Source: a virus (taxonomy: Duplodnaviria; Heunggongvirae; Uroviricota; Caudoviricetes). Taken from it: a DNA stretch of 41,286 bases. The notes under the pieces were generated by a model. The model did no database searches and was not told the origin of the DNA. It was given only the letters and a program-made list of their open reading frames with translations. The stretch spans positions 1 through 41,286 of IMG/VR virus record IMGVR_UViG_2851933302_000002; one strand, written 5' to 3'. This document shows, piece after piece, positions 35,601 through 41,286 of the stretch. Position 1 is the stretch's first letter; each line of letters begins with the position of its first letter. A program made the position numbers and the translations under genes.

Positions 35601-36945
35601 GCTGGGAAACTACAGGCTGACAGTCCGGGCGGCAAATGCCTGGGGGCAGCAGGGCGATCCGGCATCGGTATCGTTCCGGATTGCCGCCCCGGCAGCGCCG
35701 TCGCGGATTGAGCTGACGCCGGGCTATTTTCAGATAACTGCCACGCCGCATCTTGCGGTTTATGATCCGACGGTACAGTTTGAGTTCTGGTTCTCGGAAA
35801 CGCGGATTACCGATATCAGGCAGGTTGAAACCACAGCCCGCTACCTTGGCACGGGGCTGTACTGGATAGCCGCCAGTATCAATATCAAACCGGGCCATGA
35901 TTATTACTTTTATATCCGCAGTGTGAACACCGTTGGCAAATCGGCATTCGTGGAGGCCGTCGGTCGGGCGAGCGATGATGCGGAAGGTTACCTGGATTTT
36001 TTCAAAGGCAAGATAACCGAATCCCATCTCGGTAAAGAGCTGCTGAAAAAAGTCGACCTGACGGAGGATAACGCCAGCAGACTGGATGAGTTTTCGAAAG
36101 AGTGGAAGGACGCTAACGATAAATGGAATGCTATGTGGGGCGTCAAAATTGAGCAGACCAAAGACGGCAAACATTATGTCGCGGGTATTGGCCTCAGCAT
36201 GGAGGACACGGAGGAAGGCAAGCTGAGCCAGTTTCTGGTTGCCGCCAATCGTATCGCGTTTATTGACCCGGCAAACGGGAATGAAACGCCGATGTTTGTG
36301 GCGCAGGGCAACCAGATATTCATGAACGACGTGTTCCTGAAACGCCTGACGGCTCCCACCATTACCAGCGGTGGAAATCCGCCGGCATTTTCCCTGACAC
36401 CGGACGGAAAGCTGACCGCTAAAAATGCGGATATCAGCGGTAATGTGAATGCAAATTCAGGGACGCTCAACAACGTCACGATTAACGAGAACTGTCGGGT
36501 TCTGGGAAAACTGTCCGCGAACCAGATTGAAGGCGATCTCGTTAAAACAGTGGGCAAAGCTTTCCCCCGGGACTCCCGTGCACCGGAGCGGTGGCCATCA
36601 GGGACCATTACCGTCAGGGTTTATGACGATCAGCCGTTTGACCGGCAAATTGTTATTCCGGCGGTGGCTTTCAGCGGTGCCAGACATGAGCGGGAGAATA
36701 GCGATACTTATTCGTCATGCCGCCTGATAGTGAAGAAAAACGGGGCTGAAATTTATAACCGAACGGCTCTGGATAATACGCTGATATACACGGGTGTTAT
36801 TGATATGCCTGCAGGCAGTGGCGTAATGACACTGGAGTTTTCTGTATCAGCATGGTGGGTAAATGGTTGGTATCCCACAGCAAGTATCAGCGATTTGCTG
36901 GTTGTTGTGATGAAGAAAGCCACTGCAGGCATCACGATTAGCTGA
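32641..36945 (+). CDS. In-frame fusion of tape measure protein (gpH, N-terminal about 840 aa) to the C-terminal half of central tail fibre/host specificity protein (gpJ); deletion derivative
   Basis: 1434-aa ORF. The first about 840 aa track recalled lambda gpH nearly residue by residue up to …[10 protein letters not shown]. The sequence then continues …[23 protein letters not shown]… through Fn3-like and C-terminal receptor-binding regions that match recalled lambda gpJ. No M, L, K or I genes are present anywhere in the window. Confidence 0.85.
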   Translation: MSQPVGDLVIDLSLDAVRFDEQMSRVRRHFSGLDTDARKTASAVEQGLSRQALAAQKAGISVGQYKAAMRTLPAQFTDIATQLAGGQNPWLILLQQGGQVKDSFGGMIPMFRGLAGAITLPMVGVTSLAVATGALVYAWYQGDSTLSAFNKTLVLSGNQSGLTADRMLTLSRAGQAAGLTFNQASESLAAMVNAGVRGGEQFDAINQSVARFASASGVEVDKVAEAFGKLTTDPTSGLIAMAKQFHNVTAEQIAYVAQLQRSGDETGALQAANEAATKGFDDQTRRLKENMGTLETWADRTARAFKSMWDAVLDIGRPDTAQEMLIKAEAAFKKADDIWNLRKDDYFVNDEARARYWDDREKARLALEAARKKAEQQTQQDKNAQQQSDTEASRLKYTEEAQKAYERLQTPLEKYTARQEELNKALKDGKILQADYNTLMAAAKKDYEATLKKPKQSGVKVSAGDRQEDSAHAALLTLQAELRTLEKHAGANEKISQQRRDLWKAESQFAVLEEAAQRRQLSAQEKSLLAHKDETLEYKRQLAALGDKVTYQERLNALAQQADKFAQQQRAKRAAIDAKNRGLTDRQAAREATEQRLKEQYGDNPLALNNVMSEQKKTWAAEDQLRGSWMAGLKSGWSEWEESATDSMSQVKSAATQTFDGIAQNMAAMLTGSEQNWRSFTRSVLSMMTEILLKQAMVGIVGSIGSAIGGAVGGGASASGGTAIQAAAAKFHFATGGFTGTGGKYEPAGIVHRGEFVFTKEATSRIGVGNLYRLMRGYAEGGYVGGAGSPAQMRRAEGIRFEQNNSVVIQNDGINGQAGPQLMKAVYEMARKGAQDEIQSVTDGVKVKVSRVPDGVAEYSVWGLKLPTLRQRLFRCVSIRENDNGTYAITAVQHVPEKEAIVDNGAHFDGDQSGTVNGVTPPAVQHLTAEVTADSGEYQVLARWDTPKVVKGVSFMLRLTVAADDGSERLVSTARTTETTYRFTQLALGNYRLTVRAANAWGQQGDPASVSFRIAAPAAPSRIELTPGYFQITATPHLAVYDPTVQFEFWFSETRITDIRQVETTARYLGTGLYWIAASINIKPGHDYYFYIRSVNTVGKSAFVEAVGRASDDAEGYLDFFKGKITESHLGKELLKKVDLTEDNASRLDEFSKEWKDANDKWNAMWGVKIEQTKDGKHYVAGIGLSMEDTEEGKLSQFLVAANRIAFIDPANGNETPMFVAQGNQIFMNDVFLKRLTAPTITSGGNPPAFSLTPDGKLTAKNADISGNVNANSGTLNNVTINENCRVLGKLSANQIEGDLVKTVGKAFPRDSRAPERWPSGTITVRVYDDQPFDRQIVIPAVAFSGARHERENSDTYSSCRLIVKKNGAEIYNRTALDNTLIYTGVIDMPAGSGVMTLEFSVSAWWVNGWYPTASISDLLVVVMKKATAGITIS

Positions 36946-36964
36946 ATTTTATAACCCAGATACG

Positions 36965-36988
36965 GGCGCCAGAAATGGCGCCTTTTTT
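36965..36988 (+). terminator. Rho-independent terminator after the H-J fusion gene
   Basis: GGCGCC-AGAAAT-GGCGCC hairpin followed by TTTTTT. Confidence 0.8.
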
Positions 36989-37012
36989 ATTGCAGAAAAG
37001 CGAGAGGTAATT

Positions 37013-37612
37013 ATGCGTAAATTATGTGCTGTTATTCTGTCCGCAGTAGTCTGGCTGGTTGCCGCTGGTACGCCAGCGAGTGCAGCAGAGCATCAGTCCA
37101 CACTAAGCTCCGGGTATATTCAGTCCCATACTGATATGCCCGGCAACGATGACCTGAAGGGCATTAACGTGAAATACCGTTATGAATTTACGGACACGCT
37201 GGGGCTGGTGACGTCATTCAGTTATGCTGGAGACAAGAATCGCCAGATTACCCGTTACAGTGATACCCGCTGGCATGAAGATTCAGTGCGTAACCGCTGG
37301 TTCAGCATGATGGCGGGGCCATCTGTGCGCGTGAATGAGTGGTTCAGCGCATATGCGATGGCGGGTGTGGCTTACAGCCGTGTTTCGACTTTCTCCGGGG
37401 ATTATCTCCGCGTAACTGACAACAAGGGGAAAACGCACGATGTGCTGACCGCAAGTGATGATGGTCGCCACAGTAACACGTCTCTGGCGTGGGGGGCTGG
37501 CGTGCAGTTTAACCCGACCGAATCCGTGGCCATTGATATTGCTTATGAAGGCTCCGGCAGTGGTGACTGGCGCACTGACGGTTTTATCGTGGGTGTCGGT
37601 TATAAATTCTGA
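37013..37612 (+). CDS. lom: Outer membrane protein Lom (Ail/PagC/OmpX family)
   Basis: 199-aa ORF with a signal peptide and a beta-barrel pattern ending in ...GVGYKF. Position after J as in lambda. Confidence 0.9.
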   Translation: MRKLCAVILSAVVWLVAAGTPASAAEHQSTLSSGYIQSHTDMPGNDDLKGINVKYRYEFTDTLGLVTSFSYAGDKNRQITRYSDTRWHEDSVRNRWFSMMAGPSVRVNEWFSAYAMAGVAYSRVSTFSGDYLRVTDNKGKTHDVLTASDDGRHSNTSLAWGAGVQFNPTESVAIDIAYEGSGSGDWRTDGFIVGVGYKF

Positions 37613-37628
37613 TTAGCAGTGTTATGAC

Positions 37629-37655
37629 AGCCCGCATATTCTGGCGGGCTTTTTT
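37629..37655 (+). terminator. Rho-independent terminator after lom
   Basis: AGCCCGC-ATATTCTG-GCGGGCT hairpin followed by TTTTT. Confidence 0.8.
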
Positions 37656-37666
37656 GTGGGGTGGAT

Positions 37667-39496
37667 ATGGCAGCAGTAAAAATCTCAGGTGTGCTGAAAG
37701 ATGGTGCGGGAAAACCAATACAGAACTGCACTATTCAACTGAAGGCAAAACGTAACAGCACAACGGTTGTGGTGAACACGGTGGCCTCAGAAAATCCGGA
37801 TGAAGCTGGACGTTACAGCATGGATGTTGAGTATGGTCAGTACAGCGTCACCCTGCTGGTTGAAGGTTTTCCGCCTTCACATGCCGGGACCATTACCGTT
37901 TATGAAGGTTCCAGACCAGGTACGCTGAATGATTTTCTGACTGCCCCCGACGAAGGCGACCTGAAGCCAGATGTGGTGAAACGATTTGAAGATTTGACAA
38001 GTCAGGCGCGACGAAGTGCAGATGTGGCAATATCAGCGACAAAAAGGGCAGAAGCGTTACTGTCTGAAATGCAGGGAATAGCCGATAGTTTTCCCGGTTT
38101 GCGCTTTGAGAACTTTGACGACATCGTGAGTCGTTGCACTACTGCAATGTTAAAACTGGAACAACCCGAGGTTGTTGATACATCAATATCTTTAAAAATA
38201 AAAGAAAATATCGATTTTAATTATGTCGGTGCAGTTAACGGATATTGCGATATTTCTGAACCAGAAAAGTATAAAGTCGAAATGTATGCTTATACAACCG
38301 GAGAGTATTTTAACGGCGACGCTAATTTGAATAGTGACGGAACTTTCTATTTCAGACGTTGCTGGACGGGAGCAAAACAGTTTCGTCTTATTCGGATTGA
38401 GGATAATGCGTGGATCACAACGCTGGAGTTTCCACTGCTCATTCGTAGCTACTGGATGCCGGAGGACGCAGACCCCGAAGTGATCAGGGTGATGAAAGAT
38501 CGGTGTTACACGTATGACCAGGCGCTGGCAGCACTGGCGTTGATGGTTCAGCGACATGAGGCTGTAGAAAGATACGTTGCGGGCTTGTGTGCGCTTGTTG
38601 ATGAAAACGGTGGAGTAAAGTTTTTTGTTAACAGGCTGTCTGCCATGTCACCGCGTACCTATTACCGCTTGGGCAATGCGGCATGGGTTTATTATGCTCT
38701 TGCTTTCTATCTGGAGAAGTATCCGGACGGTACTCAGACTGCGCGGGTCAGAGAAAAGCTATTGGCAGGCATTGCCTGGCTGGATACTTTTCTGGTGAGC
38801 ACACCAGGCGACCTGCGTGAAGGCCTGTATAAAGGGGGGCAGGGGCGTTATGTGGACGGCAATTTTGATGAAACTTTCGTCGCCGAATGGTGCGCACTGG
38901 AGCATAACGTTGATATCTGGTTTTTGTTTGAACTGATGGGACGGCTGGGATTTGACGGTTTCAGTGAGCGGGCTGACAGGCTGGCAAAGAGTATCATCAG
39001 AGGTCTGTGGGTGGAAGATGAAGGCCGATTTCGACAGGGGGTTCATTCAACCCACTATGACAACGCAGCGGCGCTGGATCAGTCTTCCTGGGGCGGATTG
39101 TTTGTTGCCAATATTGATGCTGAGAAAGCGGCTAAGTGCCGAAAATATATGGGGCGTTTTTTATTTGGTACGAGGGAAACCACGGGTTACACACCGTACC
39201 ACCCTGATTATGGTTATAGTGGTCACAGCCGTGGCGTGTGGGTGGAAGGAACGGCAGGTGTGGCACTTTTTGAGCGCAAGCTGGGTAATGAGCTGAATGC
39301 GGTGAATCTTGTGGCAGCAATGGCTCCACTTTTTAATGAGTACGGTTATCGTGATTCTTGCGATAACCTGGCATACGATGTGCTGCCTTCCTGGCCATCA
39401 ACAACAAACACTGCCTGGATCATTCTGGCTGTAAAGCCAGATAATTTCTGGTTAGTGGATTCGCCAGAAATGGATGTAGGGACAATCCGCTATTGA
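37667..39496 (+). CDS. stf: Side tail fibre-like protein: Stf N-terminal tail-attachment domain fused to an unrelated C-terminal domain, possibly enzymatic
   Basis: The N-terminal about 100 aa (MAAVKISGVLKDGAGKPIQNCTIQLKAKRNSTTVVVNTV…GFPPSHAGTITVYEGS) match the recalled lambda Stf N-terminus. The remaining about 500 aa lack the fibrous repeats of lambda Stf and are rich in Trp/Tyr helical segments (YYRLGNAAWVYYALAFYLEKY, WVEGTAGVALFE), suggestive of an alpha/alpha-toroid fold. An AT-rich stretch (38160-38420) marks the junction. Confidence 0.7.
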   Translation: MAAVKISGVLKDGAGKPIQNCTIQLKAKRNSTTVVVNTVASENPDEAGRYSMDVEYGQYSVTLLVEGFPPSHAGTITVYEGSRPGTLNDFLTAPDEGDLKPDVVKRFEDLTSQARRSADVAISATKRAEALLSEMQGIADSFPGLRFENFDDIVSRCTTAMLKLEQPEVVDTSISLKIKENIDFNYVGAVNGYCDISEPEKYKVEMYAYTTGEYFNGDANLNSDGTFYFRRCWTGAKQFRLIRIEDNAWITTLEFPLLIRSYWMPEDADPEVIRVMKDRCYTYDQALAALALMVQRHEAVERYVAGLCALVDENGGVKFFVNRLSAMSPRTYYRLGNAAWVYYALAFYLEKYPDGTQTARVREKLLAGIAWLDTFLVSTPGDLREGLYKGGQGRYVDGNFDETFVAEWCALEHNVDIWFLFELMGRLGFDGFSERADRLAKSIIRGLWVEDEGRFRQGVHSTHYDNAAALDQSSWGGLFVANIDAEKAAKCRKYMGRFLFGTRETTGYTPYHPDYGYSGHSRGVWVEGTAGVALFERKLGNELNAVNLVAAMAPLFNEYGYRDSCDNLAYDVLPSWPSTTNTAWIILAVKPDNFWLVDSPEMDVGTIRY

Positions 39497-39823
39497 CTCT
39501 CTTGTTGTTTGATAAACCGACAAAAGGATAAATATCAGCGATCCATTCTGTGCTGTTTGATTGTGCGCTCCCCGCTCAGAATTGCGCGTCAATTAGCCTA
39601 TAAAAAATCGCGAAGATACAATACGTACTTCATTGCGCTTGAACACCCCAGGCATAATATCGCTGGATTGAAATGTTCGGACATGGCAAGCGAATGAATA
39701 TGCCGTGGTGGGGCGGTTTTGATCCGCGCGCGTGGGATGTGGCAAGCCTGATGGATTTTGCTGTGCCGGTGGTGGCGTGTCTGCTGGTCTGGCTGTTGGT
39801 TAATCGTGGGTGAAAAAAGGTGA

Positions 39824-39952
39824 GCTGTATATGCAACGGAGGAAGAAACCTCGTTGCTGGAAGCCTGGAAAAAGTATCGGGTGTTGCTGAACCGTGTTGA
39901 TACATCAACTGCCCCTGATATTGAGTGGCCTGTGAACCCTGTCAGGGAGTAA
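39824..39952 (+). pseudogene. Tail fibre assembly protein (Tfa) 3' remnant
   Basis: Frame without a start codon encodes …[38 protein letters not shown], the conserved Tfa C-terminus. Duplicated as the 3' end of the intact-looking gene at 40732..41001. Confidence 0.6.
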
Positions 39953-40006
39953 TCATTGGGATTATGCCGCAGCACGTCTTAAGCAAGAACGTGCTGCGGT
40001 TGGATG

Positions 40007-40675
40007 CTATTTTTTCCCTGAAGCGGAAAACATTACTACAGTACCTTGAACCTTGGTTTTAACATTCTCGAAATGCTCTGAGAGTATATGTGTTAAGCCT
40101 TCTTCGGAATCTTTTGTGTTTGAAAAGATGCCTTTCTGATTGTAAATGCGCATCAGTTTTTGACCGAAGCTATTGTGCACAACGCCGTCACCAAGAATTG
40201 TGGCTCCGTATAGAGTTCCATCGTCAGTTAAGGCCTGCGCCGCATTGCGTATTACACAGCTTTTTGTAGATATATTTCCAGGCAGGCAGTGAAGAAGGTA
40301 AAACATGGAAATGGAATCAAATTGACCATGTAACGCCGCGGGATAAGGATCAAAAACATCATGGCTAATTTTATGTTTAATTTTTGATTCCCCAGCCCTT
40401 GTCGATGCCGCGTTCAGGCTAGCTTCGTTCAAATCCATTAAAGATATCAGACTACTCTCAGGTACGTGAGTAAGGTAAAACCCAGTTCCAACACCAATAT
40501 CCAGATGGTTGTTACCTAAATGTTCCAGAAAGTGTGGAAGAAGGTGTTCCTTTGTAGGACATCCCCATGCAAGCCGATTTGATACTCCCAAAACCCACCA
40601 GTCATAAAGCTTTAGGGTAAGTGGTGTGTAAATTTTAGCCCCATCATCTGTGTTTTTTTTCATTAATTTCACCAT
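40007..40675 (-). CDS. Class I SAM-dependent methyltransferase (small-molecule/RNA type), cargo gene
   Basis: 222-aa ORF on the opposite strand to the tail genes. Motif I HLDIGVGTGFY with a Rossmann-fold pattern. Flanked by direct repeats of the tfa 3' end. Confidence 0.7.
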   Translation of the reverse strand: MVKLMKKNTDDGAKIYTPLTLKLYDWWVLGVSNRLAWGCPTKEHLLPHFLEHLGNNHLDIGVGTGFYLTHVPESSLISLMDLNEASLNAASTRAGESKIKHKISHDVFDPYPAALHGQFDSISMFYLLHCLPGNISTKSCVIRNAAQALTDDGTLYGATILGDGVVHNSFGQKLMRIYNQKGIFSNTKDSEEGLTHILSEHFENVKTKVQGTVVMFSASGKK

Positions 40676-40731
40676 GTTATAGTTTTATTTGTGAATTAAA
40701 TCAATTATGGCGATGAATTACAAGGGGTTAA

Positions 40732-41001
40732 ATGCTGCCGCAGCATAGCGATATTGAAATAGCCTGGTATGCTTCGATACAGCAGGAGCCGAATGGCTGG
40801 AAGACCGTCACCACACAGTTCTACATCCAGGAATTCAGTGAGTATATTGCGCCACTGCAGGATGCTGTAGATCTGGAAATCGCAACGGAGGAAGAAAGAT
40901 CGTTGCTGGAGGCATGGAATAAATATCGGGTATTGTTGAATCGTGTTGATACATCAACTGCACCTGATATTGAGTGGCCTGCAAATCCTGTCAGGGAGTA
41001 A
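40732..41001 (+). CDS. Tail fibre assembly protein (Tfa-like), short form
   Basis: 89-aa ORF whose C-terminus ([32 protein letters not shown]) is the conserved Tfa C-terminal motif. May be N-terminally truncated relative to canonical Tfa of about 190 aa. Confidence 0.55.
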   Translation: MLPQHSDIEIAWYASIQQEPNGWKTVTTQFYIQEFSEYIAPLQDAVDLEIATEEERSLLEAWNKYRVLLNRVDTSTAPDIEWPANPVRE

Positions 41002-41004
41002 TCA

Positions 41005-41286
41005 TTGGGATTATGCCGCAGACACGTCGTATGCAGGAACGTGCTGCGGTTAGTTTGTGAGCTTTCGATAGTGGTTGTTATTTTTGCCCTTATTTGTTCC
41101 GGAGGCCCTGGTTCAATGGTCCGTCTGCCCCCTGTGGTGATGTCAGCAAAATCAGCCACTGCGCGAACCACAATAGCCCGGGAAGATGCTGAAGATCACC
41201 AGGTAAAGCTGTCAGCGCAGAAACTGGAAGAACTGCTCGCATCAATGGTTAAGGATGAGGTTGATCGCAATGATGGGATTTATTGA
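41005..41286 (+). CDS. Hypothetical protein at window edge
   Basis: 93-aa ORF ending at the last base of the window. The likely start is an internal Met (MVRLPP…). Function unknown. Confidence 0.3.
   Translation: MGLCRRHVVCRNVLRLVCELSIVVVIFALICSGGPGSMVRLPPVVMSAKSATARTTIAREDAEDHQVKLSAQKLEELLASMVKDEVDRNDGIY

Noticed and set aside
34795-36174. 459-aa minus-strand ORF inside the H-J fusion gene
   Set aside because: Lies entirely antisense to a gene with strong protein-level similarity on the plus strand. Arg/Cys-rich product typical of a GC-rich antisense frame.
39509-39975. Track ORFs 39509..39697 (+), 39598..39975 (-) and 39630..39908 (-)
   Set aside because: They overlap the tfa remnant and intergenic debris after stf and have no RBS or recognisable motifs. 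Treated as non-coding; only the tfa fragment and the small hydrophobic ORF at 39694-39813 are noted.

Overview
This window is almost entirely one lambdoid prophage from an Enterobacteriaceae (E. coli-like) host, running in prophage order from integrase (position 1, minus strand) to the side tail fibre region. Annotation is by eye from the sequence and the supplied ORF track, with no database searches; family names come from recalled motifs and recalled phage lambda, phage 21 and Rac/Qin protein sequences. Layout: int-xis and a large exonuclease on the minus strand (early-left operon); a RacR-like repressor divergent from cro-like/YdaT-like/replication initiator/DnaC-like genes; a nin-like region with a QueH-like protein, a hok-type toxin, DUF968, rusA and a Q-like antiterminator; then a DNA methyltransferase, three tRNAs (anticodons CAT, TCG, TCT), a nanS-p-like esterase and a phage-21-type lysis cassette; a lambda-type cos site; and a lambda-like head and tail gene set (Nu1, A, W, B, C, D, E, FI, FII, Z, U, V, G, T, H/J, lom, stf). 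No Shiga toxin genes, CRISPR array or IS element were seen. The prophage looks defective: the portal gene carries a 1-nt frameshift and the tape measure gene is fused in frame to the 3' half of J with M, L, K and I missing. No single clearly novel system stands out; the best candidates are small unrecognised cassettes inserted in the lysis region, between Rz and cos, and around the tail fibre genes.
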